Assembly (NCBI GenBank): GCA_965206595.1
Contig: OZ242214.1
Location: 3,776,001 to 3,840,000, forward strand
Reading direction: 5' to 3'
From: Candidatus Latescibacterota bacterium
GTDB lineage: Bacteria; Latescibacterota; UBA2968; UBA8231
DNA length: 64,000 nucleotides
In this document: piece after piece, positions 1 through 9,785 of the stretch
Numbering within the stretch: position 1 is the stretch's first letter
How the letters are laid out: the number at the start of each line of letters is the position of its first letter
Notes under the pieces: generated by a model
Database searches by the model: none
Told to the model about the DNA's origin: nothing
Seen by the model: only the letters and a program-made list of their open reading frames with translations
Translations under genes and position numbers: made by a program

Positions 1-8
1 TCCGCTAC

Positions 9-2777
9 ATGTCCCACTACACGATACCGGGCAGCGAAGAAAACTCCCGCCGGTCACGGACCTTCCAGGCAAAGATGGCCAGCTCCATCGCGGACCTGTA
101 CGGAAGGGATCGGGTCGGGGTGTGCGCCTACTGGGGCTCGGGATGGGGGCATACTACCGAGGAGAACCTGGCCTGGACCCATGAGAACTACGCCCTCGGC
201 GTCAACCTGTACAACAGCCACGGCGCCCTCTACAGCACCATGGGTGGATGGTACGAGTGGGTTCCCCCGGCAATCCACTTCCGGCAACCCTGCTGGCAAT
301 ACTGGAAGCACTTCAGCGACTACGTCACGAGGCTGAGCTTCATCCTGAGTCAGGGGATCCCCCGGGCGGACGTTGCCCTGCTCTATCCCCTCACCACGGT
401 CCACGCCCACTGGCCGGGGGGCCCTCCCTCCGTCGAGGGGACCCGGCGGAAGTTCGTCGACCCGGGGGCCTTCGGCGACGCCGCCCACGAGACTGCGAGA
501 GCGACCTACGAGGTGGCCAAACGCATCTACAGGAGCGGCATCGACCTCGACTTCATCGACGATCGCTCCCTTTGCCGCGGCGATGTGGCCAAAGGAGAGC
601 TGATGGTGGCAGGCATGGCGTTCCGCGCCGTGGTCCTGCCGCCGATGACGACGATTCGGACGGAGACCCTCGAGCGCATCGGGGCGTTCCACGACAGCGG
701 CGGGGTCGTGGTTGCCTTCGGACGCCTGCCCCATGCCTCGCCGGAACGTGGACGGGACGACCCGAACATCCGGGCTTTGCTCGAGAGGATCTTCGGCGTG
801 AAATCGAGCGACGGAATCGACGGCGCGGTGCGGCGGGAGAACGACGAAGGTGGAAAGGCCTTCTTCCTGCCGGATGGAGACGCGTCGATTGCGGAAATCC
901 TGTCCGCTGCCATCGTGCAGGACGTGGCGGCCTCGGAGAAGGAGGTCTTCCATACGCATCGGAAAATCGGGGATCTCGAGGTCTACTTCCTGTTCAACGC
1001 CAGGGCGGAGAAGAGGGACGTCTCCGTGCATCTGAGAGCGTTCGGCGAGCCGGAAATCTGGGATGCCTTCACGGGAGAAACCGCACCCCACCACCGTTTC
1101 GAGATCCGGGACGACGGCACGCGGGTGCGCCTGGAGATGGATCCCCGCGGGGGGACGCTGCTGGTCCTCTCCCCGCCCCGTGGAAGGCCGCAGGTTCTCG
1201 AGGACGACCTGACCATGATGACCTCGGTGGAATCCAGCGGGAAGAGCCTTCAGGTTCGCGGGTTCTGCGCAGCCGGGGGGAAGAAGAAGGTGCGCCTCCT
1301 CCACGAAGGGGAGGGCCGGCTTGCGCATGCGGAAGTCGACGAACCGGAAGCTCCGATATCCCTCGACGGACCGTGGACCATCCGCCTGGAGCCCACCATG
1401 GACAACCGCTGGGGCGACTTCCGGTATCCACCCTCCGCGGAGTGGATCGGCGCCGAAGCCCGGCGGTTTCGGTACATGGAAGAAGAGGAACGGGCAGGCA
1501 CCGGGCAGGGATGGCACGAAGCGGATTTCGACGATTCCCGGTGGGAGCGGGTCACCTGTTCGTACGGCCCGTACTGGTGGACGATCGGTCCCTTCGACGG
1601 GGGAGAACCGCAGGGGATGTTCGACAAGGGGCGAGCCGGAAAAATCGGGACGGACGAACCATGCGAAGTGGAGGGAATGACCTTCCGCTGGCGGAAGTAC
1701 AGCTTCTCCCGGCAGTTCGGCCACGAGGGAAAAGAAGCGCACAACGGCTTCGGGGGAGGCCTGCGCGGCGTCTCGGAGAGGTTCCTCGTGTTCGATACCG
1801 CCAGCGAGGACCGCGACGCCGCGCGCTACCTCTTCACCAGCGTCCACTCCCCCCGCGAAGAGGAGTACATCCTCAACTTCGGGGGAACCGCGGAGTTCGC
1901 CAGGGAAGCCTGGATAAACGGCAAACCGGCTGTCTCGGTCTCCTCCCGGGAGGGGGATGCACAGGCGCCGGTTACCCTGAAAGAGGGGTGGAACTCCGTT
2001 CTGCTGAGACTGGTTCAGCCGAAGGGTGAGGGGCTGGCGACCTTCGCCGTGCTGCACAAGCCCGGGGACGCACCTCCGTGCGAACCCTGCGTACCTCTGC
2101 TACGGTGGTTCGCCAAACCGCAGGAGCTCCTCTTCGACATCACACCCCGAAAGGAGCGCCGCGTCGGGTGGTACCGATTCTCCGCGCCCCCGGGGCTCGA
2201 ATCCATGACCCTGAACCTGAAGGCGGAAGCGGTCACTGCATGGATCGATGGACAGCCTGTCGCCGTGGAGCAGGGCCGGATCGTCCTGGAAGCCCCGAGG
2301 GAAGGGACCTGCCGGATCGCCCTGAGAGTGGAGCAGGAGCCGGGGCGCTACGCCGGAGCCGCCTTCGAGTCGCCGGTTGCCTTTACGTGCGCGCAGGGAA
2401 GGATCCCCCTCGGAGACTGGTGCGGGCACGGGCTCGCGACCTATTCGGGAGGGGCCGTGTACGGCAAGGGGGTGATGCTGGAAAAGCCGCACCTGCGGGG
2501 GAAGGTCCTGCTCGATCTGGGGAGGGTGGCCACGACGGCGGAAGTGCACGTGAACGGGAAGCCGGCCGGAGTCAGAATGGCCAGGCCCTGGAGCTTCGAC
2601 GTCACCAGCCTGGTCGAGGAGGGAGAGAACCGGATCCAGGTGAAGGTGGTCAACACCCTGGCGAACCACATGAGCACCTACCCGACTCGGTACGTGTACG
2701 AAGGACAGGCGGTGTCCGGTCTTTTGGGGCCGGTGACGATTCAGTTCCTCGCGAAGGCCGTCCTCACTATTGAATAA
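9..2777 (+). CDS. Large glycoside hydrolase, GH106 (alpha-L-rhamnosidase)-like with C-terminal GH2-type sugar-binding domain; probably 5'-truncated by the window edge
   Basis: The frame is open to the window start. Motifs ADVALLYP, DLDFIDD and VVLPP are present. The C-terminus LDLGRVATTAEVHVNGK...FDVT...GENRIQVKVVNTLAN...SGLLGPV is typical of GH106/GH2 beta-sandwich ends. Confidence 0.7.
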   Translation: MSHYTIPGSEENSRRSRTFQAKMASSIADLYGRDRVGVCAYWGSGWGHTTEENLAWTHENYALGVNLYNSHGALYSTMGGWYEWVPPAIHFRQPCWQYWKHFSDYVTRLSFILSQGIPRADVALLYPLTTVHAHWPGGPPSVEGTRRKFVDPGAFGDAAHETARATYEVAKRIYRSGIDLDFIDDRSLCRGDVAKGELMVAGMAFRAVVLPPMTTIRTETLERIGAFHDSGGVVVAFGRLPHASPERGRDDPNIRALLERIFGVKSSDGIDGAVRRENDEGGKAFFLPDGDASIAEILSAAIVQDVAASEKEVFHTHRKIGDLEVYFLFNARAEKRDVSVHLRAFGEPEIWDAFTGETAPHHRFEIRDDGTRVRLEMDPRGGTLLVLSPPRGRPQVLEDDLTMMTSVESSGKSLQVRGFCAAGGKKKVRLLHEGEGRLAHAEVDEPEAPISLDGPWTIRLEPTMDNRWGDFRYPPSAEWIGAEARRFRYMEEEERAGTGQGWHEADFDDSRWERVTCSYGPYWWTIGPFDGGEPQGMFDKGRAGKIGTDEPCEVEGMTFRWRKYSFSRQFGHEGKEAHNGFGGGLRGVSERFLVFDTASEDRDAARYLFTSVHSPREEEYILNFGGTAEFAREAWINGKPAVSVSSREGDAQAPVTLKEGWNSVLLRLVQPKGEGLATFAVLHKPGDAPPCEPCVPLLRWFAKPQELLFDITPRKERRVGWYRFSAPPGLESMTLNLKAEAVTAWIDGQPVAVEQGRIVLEAPREGTCRIALRVEQEPGRYAGAAFESPVAFTCAQGRIPLGDWCGHGLATYSGGAVYGKGVMLEKPHLRGKVLLDLGRVATTAEVHVNGKPAGVRMARPWSFDVTSLVEEGENRIQVKVVNTLANHMSTYPTRYVYEGQAVSGLLGPVTIQFLAKAVLTIE

Positions 2778-2818
2778 GGATAAGTCAGCCTGATTTCACC
2801 CAGCCGAAGGAGAAACCC

Positions 2819-3934
2819 GTGAAAATCACCGATGTGAAAGTCTTCGCAGTGGGGGAGTTCGTGTACGTCAAGATCGCCGCCGACGGGTTGCACGGCATCG
2901 GGGAAGCCTCGCTCAGCGGGAGGTCCCTGGCGGTGGTCGGCGCCCTGGAACACCTGAAGCCCGTGCTGGTGGGCCAGGACGCCACGCGGATCGAGCATAT
3001 CTGGCAGGACATCTTCCGGGGCACCTTCTGGCGCGGAGGCCCGGTGCTGCAATCGGCGTTGGCCGGCGTCGACATTGCCCTCTGGGACCTGGCCGGCAAG
3101 GCGCTGGGGGTCCCGACCTACCGGCTTCTGGGGGGAGCGTCGCGAGACAAGGTCCTCCTCTACCGGCACACCGGCGGCGGTCCTGCCGAGGAATTGGTTC
3201 GCAACGCCCGCAGACTTATCGGCGAAGGCTGGCGGGTTCTGCGGATTTCACCGATTCGCTGCGACGGCGCCTTCGATCCCAGGGAGGCGGTGCGGCGCGG
3301 TATCGAACATTTCGTTGCTCTTCGCGAGGCCATCGGCGACGAGGTGGAGATCATCCTCGAAGTGCACACGCGCCTCACGCCGCCGCGCGCCATCGAACTG
3401 TGCAACGGCATCGAGGCCTTTCACCCGTTCTACGTCGAGGACCCGATCCGCTCCGAGAACCCCGCCTCCTTCAGGACGCTGCGCGAACACACCAGCGTCC
3501 CCCTCGGCACCGGCGAGCAGCTGCCGACGAAATGGGCGTTCCGCGAGCTGATCGAGGAAGAGCTGGTCGACTACCTGAGGGTGGACATCTGCCACAGCGG
3601 CGGCATCACCGAAGGGAGGAAGATCGCGGCGATGGGGGAAGTGCATTATCAGGAGCTCGCCTGCCACTACACCTCGAGCCCGGTGAGCACCGCGGCCATG
3701 CTGCACCTGAACCTGTCCGTCCCCAACTGCGCGGTGCAGGAGTACTCGCCGCCCGCTCCCTGGATGAACGAGGTGATCGAGCACGATTTCCGCACCGAGG
3801 ACGGCTACCTGCTGCGGTCTGATGCTCCCGGGCTGGGGATCGATCTGAACGAGGAAGCGGCCGCGTCCTACCCTCACACCGGGAGCGAGCCGCCCCACCT
3901 GCGCCGGGAGGACGGCTCGGTGCAGGACTGGTAG
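2819..3934 (+). CDS. Enolase-superfamily sugar-acid dehydratase (galactonate dehydratase DgoD-like)
   Basis: GTG start after an AGGAG RBS. Motifs GIGEA, SALAGVDIALWDLAGK and metal ligands E-V-H / VEDP / TGE. The C-terminus RREDGSVQDW is typical of the DgoD/RspA group. Confidence 0.85.
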   Translation: MKITDVKVFAVGEFVYVKIAADGLHGIGEASLSGRSLAVVGALEHLKPVLVGQDATRIEHIWQDIFRGTFWRGGPVLQSALAGVDIALWDLAGKALGVPTYRLLGGASRDKVLLYRHTGGGPAEELVRNARRLIGEGWRVLRISPIRCDGAFDPREAVRRGIEHFVALREAIGDEVEIILEVHTRLTPPRAIELCNGIEAFHPFYVEDPIRSENPASFRTLREHTSVPLGTGEQLPTKWAFRELIEEELVDYLRVDICHSGGITEGRKIAAMGEVHYQELACHYTSSPVSTAAMLHLNLSVPNCAVQEYSPPAPWMNEVIEHDFRTEDGYLLRSDAPGLGIDLNEEAAASYPHTGSEPPHLRREDGSVQDW

Positions 3935-4062
3935 TCCGGCTCAGGCGCCTTGCGCATAGGGTGCCCTGCCGGCCGGGTTTTCCACCATTTCCGGGACAGC
4001 ATACCAGGATCCGGCTGCGCCGGAGGCTCTCAGGGCGGCGCCCGCCGGACAAACCTTCCGCC

Positions 4063-4908
4063 TCAGGCGGCGAAGTTCTTCTCGTCGAAATACAGGTTGT
4101 CGTCGATCGGTTTGCCGCGGGCGACCCATACGTCGCGGAACAGGGTGCGGCGCTTGGGCGGCATCGCGGCCACGACTTCAGGCGGCACGCTGCTCCGGCC
4201 CCACCGGCAGTTCACCGTGTTGTAGAGGCTGAACAGGCACAACCGGTCCCGTTCCCTGTTGGTCCAGGTCGACCCGGAATGGCAAATGCCCTCGGTGAAG
4301 ACGACGACAGATCCCGGGGGGCAGGTGTAGGTCTCCCACAGGGGGCTGTCCCGGCCGCTGACCTCGTCCGGCAGCTCAAAGGCCGCCTTGTGGCTTCCCG
4401 AGATGAACAGGGTGACCCCGTCTCCAGGGCCCACCTCGTTCAGCTCCCACACCACGCGCGTGAGGCCCGCGTGGATCTTCCCCGGCACCATCTGGTAGAG
4501 GTGGGAATCTCCACAGAGGTTGAAGTATCCGCTCCCTCCGTGGGCGCCGAACTTGTCGTCGCCGAAGGGCCTCCGTTCGGTGCGGGTGCGCTCGAAGCGG
4601 AAGCCGTAGCAGTCCTCGCTGGCCAGCCCCTGATGCGACACGATCTCGTTCAAGATCCCGGCGAGGACGGGATGATCGAGAAGGACCTGCGAGGGCCCGC
4701 CCACGGAATTCCGCTCCTCCGGCGGCAGGGATTCCGGTTCGTCCAACAGCTTGTGCTGATGTTCGAGAACCGCTCCCAACTCGTCATGGCTCAAAAGCCC
4801 GGGAAGGCAGATCCACCCCTTGACGTCGAAGGTGTATCTCTGTCCCTCGGTCATGGGAACGATCGGCAGACCGTCTCCATTCGTCGTCGGCAACAGCTGG
4901 CTGTCCAT
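4063..4908 (-). CDS. PhyH-family Fe(II)/2-oxoglutarate dioxygenase with HxG motif
   Basis: QRYTFDVKGWI, GAHGGSG, VWELNEV..GDG.T.FISGSHKA, CPPGSVVVFTEGICHSG, RDR. Confidence 0.85.
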   Translation of the reverse strand: MDSQLLPTTNGDGLPIVPMTEGQRYTFDVKGWICLPGLLSHDELGAVLEHQHKLLDEPESLPPEERNSVGGPSQVLLDHPVLAGILNEIVSHQGLASEDCYGFRFERTRTERRPFGDDKFGAHGGSGYFNLCGDSHLYQMVPGKIHAGLTRVVWELNEVGPGDGVTLFISGSHKAAFELPDEVSGRDSPLWETYTCPPGSVVVFTEGICHSGSTWTNRERDRLCLFSLYNTVNCRWGRSSVPPEVVAAMPPKRRTLFRDVWVARGKPIDDNLYFDEKNFAA

Positions 4909-4939
4909 TCTCTTCCTTTCTCACATGTGAAGGCGGGGA

Positions 4940-5166
4940 TGTCGAATGCTCGTGCCGGAAACCCGGAGCCCGGAGCTTCCCTGGACAGGTAGCAAATTCG
5001 GGTAGCGCCTGTGGGGTGGGCGATACGGCCCGCCCTGGGGACGGCCGGCCGATTCGCGGCGGTGTCGAATGCTTCGTGCCGGAACCCGGCCCCCCGGGAG
5101 CTTCTCCGCCAGGCAGCAATCGCGGAGCAAGGGCTGGGGGACGGGATGCCCCGCCCTGAGGACGGC
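4940..5166. repeat. Two degenerate ~105-bp direct repeats (4940-5045 and 5063-5166)
   Basis: Both copies read TGTCGAATGCT(T)CGTGCCGGAA...GGAGCTTC...CAGG(T/C)AGCAA...CCCGCCCTG(G/A)GGACGGC. Confidence 0.75.
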
Positions 5167-5173
5167 AAGTAGA

Positions 5174-5977
5174 TTACAACCCCTGGATCCACGCCGCGTT
5201 CTGCGCCAGCTCCCGCACGTCCCCGGGCCGGTTTATCTCGTACATGAAAACCCCGTCATAGCCGACGCCGGCGAGCGCCCGGTTCACTTCCTTCCAGGCG
5301 ATGTTCCCGCGCCCAGGCAGCAGATGCTCATCCCGCTCGCCGTGGTTGTCGTGCAGGTGCAGTGTGATCAGATAGCGCCCGACGGCGCGCAGGGCCGCGG
5401 CTGGATCGCCGCTGAGGTTGCGGTGGCCGGTGTCGATCACGGCGCCCGCGTTCGGCGCACCGAGATCATCCAGCAAGGCGACGAGGCGTTGCGGATCGTG
5501 GGTGTACCCCCTGGGGCCGGTGTTTTCCAGGGCCAGCCGCACGCCGGCCGGCGCGGCGTACTCGGCGACCTCCCCGAGGTTCTGCAGGAAAACCGCGCGC
5601 TTCTCGAGGCCATGCGCTTCGTCCGGCTCGGGAATGGCGATGTCGTGGGTCACCAGGATGCAGCCCCCGAGGTCGGCGGCCAGGTCCACCGCCCGCTTGT
5701 GATCCACGAGCGCCTTGCGGCGCTGAGCCGGATCGAGACTCCCCAGATCGCAGGCCGGATCGCGGTGCTTCAGGTGGATGTGGATGGAGTTGAGGTGGAA
5801 CCCCATGCCGGGAAGTGCCTGTTGCAGGAAGGCGCGGAACCCGGAGTCGGCGAAGGCGAAGTTGGGGTGGTAGTCGCACAGTTCCAGCGACTCGATGCCC
5901 GCCTCGCTGAACTTCGCCAGTACCTCCCTGGTGAGGGGCTCGCTGCGAAACGGTATGGTCGAAGCGCCGAGTTTCAC
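5174..5977 (-). CDS. Sugar phosphate isomerase/epimerase (xylose-isomerase-like TIM barrel)
   Basis: LALENT, VIDTGH, LHLHDNHGERDEHLLPGRGNIAW, GYDGVFMYE. Confidence 0.9.
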   Translation of the reverse strand: MKLGASTIPFRSEPLTREVLAKFSEAGIESLELCDYHPNFAFADSGFRAFLQQALPGMGFHLNSIHIHLKHRDPACDLGSLDPAQRRKALVDHKRAVDLAADLGGCILVTHDIAIPEPDEAHGLEKRAVFLQNLGEVAEYAAPAGVRLALENTGPRGYTHDPQRLVALLDDLGAPNAGAVIDTGHRNLSGDPAAALRAVGRYLITLHLHDNHGERDEHLLPGRGNIAWKEVNRALAGVGYDGVFMYEINRPGDVRELAQNAAWIQGL

Positions 5978-6164
5978 GGCTTTTCACCTTCTTCCTACAC
6001 GGAAGCCCCGGCGCTTCCGGTTGGCGCGCGGACGTGGGCGGGAATGCAACGATCCCGTCTGCCGTGCGGTGGACCGGGGAAGGCTGAATGGTATATCTTG
6101 GCGGCCCCTTCAGCAACCGCTCCATCCTTCGCGGATTCCTGATCCGGATGTCGAGGAAAAAGAG

Positions 6165-7712
6165 ATGGCCCTGATCGATATCGGCTCCACCAGGCAGCTC
6201 TTTGTCGACGATTACCTGATCGAAAGCATGACGAACACGCGGCAGATCATGAACCCTGCCGTGAAGGTGCCGCACAATCCCGTCATCCGGGCCGAGCGCC
6301 CCTGGGAAGGGACGCATGTCGCCCTGAAAAACGTCATCTACGACCGGCAGGACCGGATCTTCCGGATGTGGTATACACCGCATCGGTACATTGCCAGGCG
6401 CCAGGGGGATGAGATCGCAATAGCGGACGAGTACGAAGGGCCTCGACACGCCACCTGCCTGGCGACCTCGGAGGATGGGATCCACTGGGAGCGGCCGGAG
6501 CTGGGGCTGGTCGACTTCAACGGGTCGACACGGAACAACCTCCTGCCGCCGAAGAGCTGCATTCCCGAGCTCTTCCCCCCCGAATCGGGACCCGGGTTCT
6601 ATTTCTTCGAAGACCCCCATGAGAAGGACCCAGGCAAACGCTTCAAGGGATTGATCCGGACCTACGCTGCCTGGGCTGCCGATCCCGACAGACGGGAAGC
6701 GGGCTCCGGTGGCACGGACGCGGCAACGGCAGGGCAGAAGTTCCACCTCTACTTCTCGCCCGACGGATTCGAGTGGACTGCCTACGAGGACAACCCCGTC
6801 ATCGACTATTCGCCCAAGCCGGGCCGCTGGGGGCCGACCGATTTCATGGGCTGGGACCCGGTCCGCCAGGTGTACGCCGTCCACATGGAGAACAACCTGC
6901 ACTGGCGCGGTCCTCTCGGAAAAAGGGTGATCGGCCGGGCCGAAAGTCCCGACATGATCCATTGGAGCGAGGCGGAGACGATCCTCGTGCCCGGCAAGCG
7001 CGACACCCCGGACACGGAGTACTACGCGCTGCCGGTCACCGTGTACGAAGGGCTGTACGTGGGAGTGCTATGGAACTTCCGCACGACCAACCTCACCCAC
7101 CACCCCCAGATCGTCTTCAGCAGGAACGGCATCCACTACAACCGGGAATACCGGGAGCCATTCATCGCCCGCGGGCCCCGGGACCACTTCGACGCCAACT
7201 CCGTGTACGCGCGGGCCCCGATCGTCCATGGCGACCGCATCCTCGTCTACTACTACGGCACCAACAGCCGCTCGCCGGAACAGGCGTTCGACCTCGGCGA
7301 GAAGGCGACTACGGCCATCGGACTGGCGACGCTCCCCCTCGACGGGTTCGTTTCGCTGGACGGGGCCAAGGGCCCTCCCGACTACCGGCCGGCTCCTACC
7401 GACATCGAGCCGCACAGCCTGATGGCGACCCGTTCCTTCGGCTTTTCAGGGGAGCGGTTGTACCTGAACCTGCAAGCCCCCCCGCGCTTCAACAGCGCCG
7501 GGCAATGCGAGGTGCGGGTGGAGATCCTGACCGCCAACCACGAACGCATTCCCGGATTCACCGCCGCGGACGCCGATGCGCTGACGACCACCGGCACCGC
7601 CCACGCCGTCAGCTGGAACGGAAATTCGCAGGTCGGCCGGTTTCAGGGTCGGGCGATCCGGCTGCGGTTCTACTTCAGGAACACCAAGCTTTACTCGTTC
7701 CAGTTCCGCTAG
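6165..7712 (+). CDS. Uncharacterised GH32/GH43-like five-bladed beta-propeller protein with C-terminal beta-sandwich
   Basis: Start refined to ATG 6165 (MALIDIGSTRQLFVDD) after GAGGAAAAAGAG. Motifs NPVIRAERPWEG, ATSEDGIHWERP, SPDGFEW, ESPDMIHWS and the C-terminus LRFYFRNTKLYSFQFR. Paralog of 28676-30190. Confidence 0.75.
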   Translation: MALIDIGSTRQLFVDDYLIESMTNTRQIMNPAVKVPHNPVIRAERPWEGTHVALKNVIYDRQDRIFRMWYTPHRYIARRQGDEIAIADEYEGPRHATCLATSEDGIHWERPELGLVDFNGSTRNNLLPPKSCIPELFPPESGPGFYFFEDPHEKDPGKRFKGLIRTYAAWAADPDRREAGSGGTDAATAGQKFHLYFSPDGFEWTAYEDNPVIDYSPKPGRWGPTDFMGWDPVRQVYAVHMENNLHWRGPLGKRVIGRAESPDMIHWSEAETILVPGKRDTPDTEYYALPVTVYEGLYVGVLWNFRTTNLTHHPQIVFSRNGIHYNREYREPFIARGPRDHFDANSVYARAPIVHGDRILVYYYGTNSRSPEQAFDLGEKATTAIGLATLPLDGFVSLDGAKGPPDYRPAPTDIEPHSLMATRSFGFSGERLYLNLQAPPRFNSAGQCEVRVEILTANHERIPGFTAADADALTTTGTAHAVSWNGNSQVGRFQGRAIRLRFYFRNTKLYSFQFR

Positions 7713-7788
7713 CGGATTGCCCGGGCATCCTTGCCACGAGCGTGCCGCCCACCACAACGCATGAGAGGATTGGCAGGAGATTGATCGC

Positions 7789-9774
7789 ATGACACAAAAT
7801 CGGATTGACGGATCAGGGGCAACGATGGCTGCGGCGGGTTCGTCCTCGGGGCCGGGCGCGGTTCCAGGGATGGTCGAGGTCACCGCGACCCGGGTATCGC
7901 CGCCCCCCGGGTGGGCGCTCCTCGAACGCCGGTTGATGAAGCTGATGGAGGATGCGGTCGAGCCGATGGTCGACAAGTACGCGGAAAAGGGGGGTGCGTT
8001 CTACTACGCCGACGACGTCGACGACCTCTACGAAAGGGTGTACAACTGGGGCCTGTTCTACGCCATGGGAGCGGACCGGAAGGTGCTCGACCTCGGATTG
8101 CAGCAGTGGCACGCAACCACGCGTTTCTTCGCCGACGACATCGTCAGCCGCGTCCATCCCCGCTTCCACCCCCAGATTCACAACGAGTATTACAACCTGG
8201 CTTCCGCCGGCGCCAACGAGTGGTACCACCAGGGCGAGGGCAACATGGCCTTCTACCATTTCGGCCTGGCCGATCCCACCATTTCGGAAAACCTGCGCCG
8301 CGCCAGGCGGTTCGCGGCGATGTTCATGGACGAGGATCCCGAGGCCCCCAACTACGATCCCCAACACAGGGTCTTCCGCAGCCCCATCCAGACCAGCGTC
8401 GGCCCCATGCGGCACGCGACCGTGGACAACGTGATTACGTGGCTGCAGGGAGGGGAAACCGGATACGAGAAGGGATACCGCCCCTACAAGGTGCGGGCCA
8501 CCCTCGATCCGGTGGTGACCGACCTCGAGGGGAACTGGTTCGAGAATCCCGCGCGCCGCGACGAGATCCTCAGGCTGTTCGACCACATCGTCCTCAATGG
8601 CGACGTCCCCCACAGCCTCGCCGCCACCGGCCTCATCACCAACGCCTTCCTCTACACCGGCGAGGAGAAGTACAGGCAGTGGGTGCTCGACTACACCGAG
8701 GGATGGATGGAGCGCATCGAGCGCAACGGCGGCATCCTCCCCGACAACGTCGGACCGACCGGCAGGATCGGCGAAAACCGCAACGGCCTGTGGTGGGGCG
8801 GGCTCTACGGCTGGAACACCTTCGTCGGCCACTACATCATGTTCAGCTCGCTCACCATCGCCGCCGAGTGCGCCCTCCTGCTCAGCGGCGACTTCGGCTA
8901 TCTCGAGCTGCTGCGCTCGCAGATCCGGCTGCTCGTGGACAACGCCATCTTTCGCGAGGACGGGCAGCTCCTGTTGCCGGCCCGCTACGGTGCGGACGGG
9001 TGGGAGTACGCGAGGGACAACTACGACTATGAGAAAGGCAGGTTCGTGCCCTACCGCATGCAGGAGCTGGCCCATCTCTACCACGCCTCGATGGCCCCGG
9101 AGGACTACGACCTGATCGCGAGGATCCGGGACACCGACAAAATGCGCGACTGGAACCACGTGCCCGTCCTCGGGGAGAAGAGCTACGCCGACACCGAGCT
9201 GGCCCGCTTCCAGTACTACGACGGCAAGAACCCGGACTGGCCCGAGAAGATCCTGAAGGCCGAGTATCAGAATGCCCTGAGCGACTTCGAGTCGATACGG
9301 AACGAAACCCGGGATTCCTTGGCCTTGATCGCCGACAACGCCTCTTCCCCCACGACGGTCTACACCAAGGGGTTGACGCAGGTGACGATGGGGGCGCCGC
9401 AATCGGTGTACACCGGAGGGCTGTTGCGCGCCACCGTCCGCTACTTCGATACGGACCGCACCCGGCCCGGACTGCCGCCCGACGTCGCCGCCCTCGTCGA
9501 CAGACTGGGAGCCGACAGCGCCGGCATTCAGCTCGTCAACCTGAATCCCGGCGAGAGGCGCAACCTGATCGTGCAGGCCGGGGCTTTCGCCGAGCACGAG
9601 TTCCTCGAATTGACCTGCGACGGTAAAACCGTCCCCGTGGAGTCGAAGTATTTTGCCGTGCAACTCCTTCCCGGCGCATCCGTCCGGCTCGACCTCGGCA
9701 TGCGACGCTTCGCCCACCGGCCGACCTATGCCTTCCCCTGGCACGGGGACTCGATCCCGGTGCCTTACCAGTAG
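7789..9774 (+). CDS. Conserved hypothetical protein, possibly an alpha-helical barrel carbohydrate-active enzyme (start may be the later Met of MVEVTAT)
   Basis: 661-aa ORF with host-like codon usage. Aromatic/acidic motifs DDVDDLYE, WYHQGEG, ILPDNVGPTG, WWGGLYGW, RPGLPPDVAALV. Closely spaced between the propeller and dehydratase genes. Confidence 0.65.
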   Translation: MTQNRIDGSGATMAAAGSSSGPGAVPGMVEVTATRVSPPPGWALLERRLMKLMEDAVEPMVDKYAEKGGAFYYADDVDDLYERVYNWGLFYAMGADRKVLDLGLQQWHATTRFFADDIVSRVHPRFHPQIHNEYYNLASAGANEWYHQGEGNMAFYHFGLADPTISENLRRARRFAAMFMDEDPEAPNYDPQHRVFRSPIQTSVGPMRHATVDNVITWLQGGETGYEKGYRPYKVRATLDPVVTDLEGNWFENPARRDEILRLFDHIVLNGDVPHSLAATGLITNAFLYTGEEKYRQWVLDYTEGWMERIERNGGILPDNVGPTGRIGENRNGLWWGGLYGWNTFVGHYIMFSSLTIAAECALLLSGDFGYLELLRSQIRLLVDNAIFREDGQLLLPARYGADGWEYARDNYDYEKGRFVPYRMQELAHLYHASMAPEDYDLIARIRDTDKMRDWNHVPVLGEKSYADTELARFQYYDGKNPDWPEKILKAEYQNALSDFESIRNETRDSLALIADNASSPTTVYTKGLTQVTMGAPQSVYTGGLLRATVRYFDTDRTRPGLPPDVAALVDRLGADSAGIQLVNLNPGERRNLIVQAGAFAEHEFLELTCDGKTVPVESKYFAVQLLPGASVRLDLGMRRFAHRPTYAFPWHGDSIPVPYQ

Positions 9775-9785
9775 AAAGGGATACG

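Noticed and set aside
54-2057. Long antisense and alternative-frame ORFs (e.g. 54-2057, 7813-9744, 22058-23806, 24740-26605, 28664-30343)
   Set aside because: They are shadow ORFs of well-supported genes, expected from high-GC codon bias, and carry no recognisable motifs.
3935-4062. CTCTCAGG motif suggesting a glycine riboswitch
   Set aside because: It lies between convergent gene ends and lacks the GGAGA/CCGAAG elements of the aptamer.
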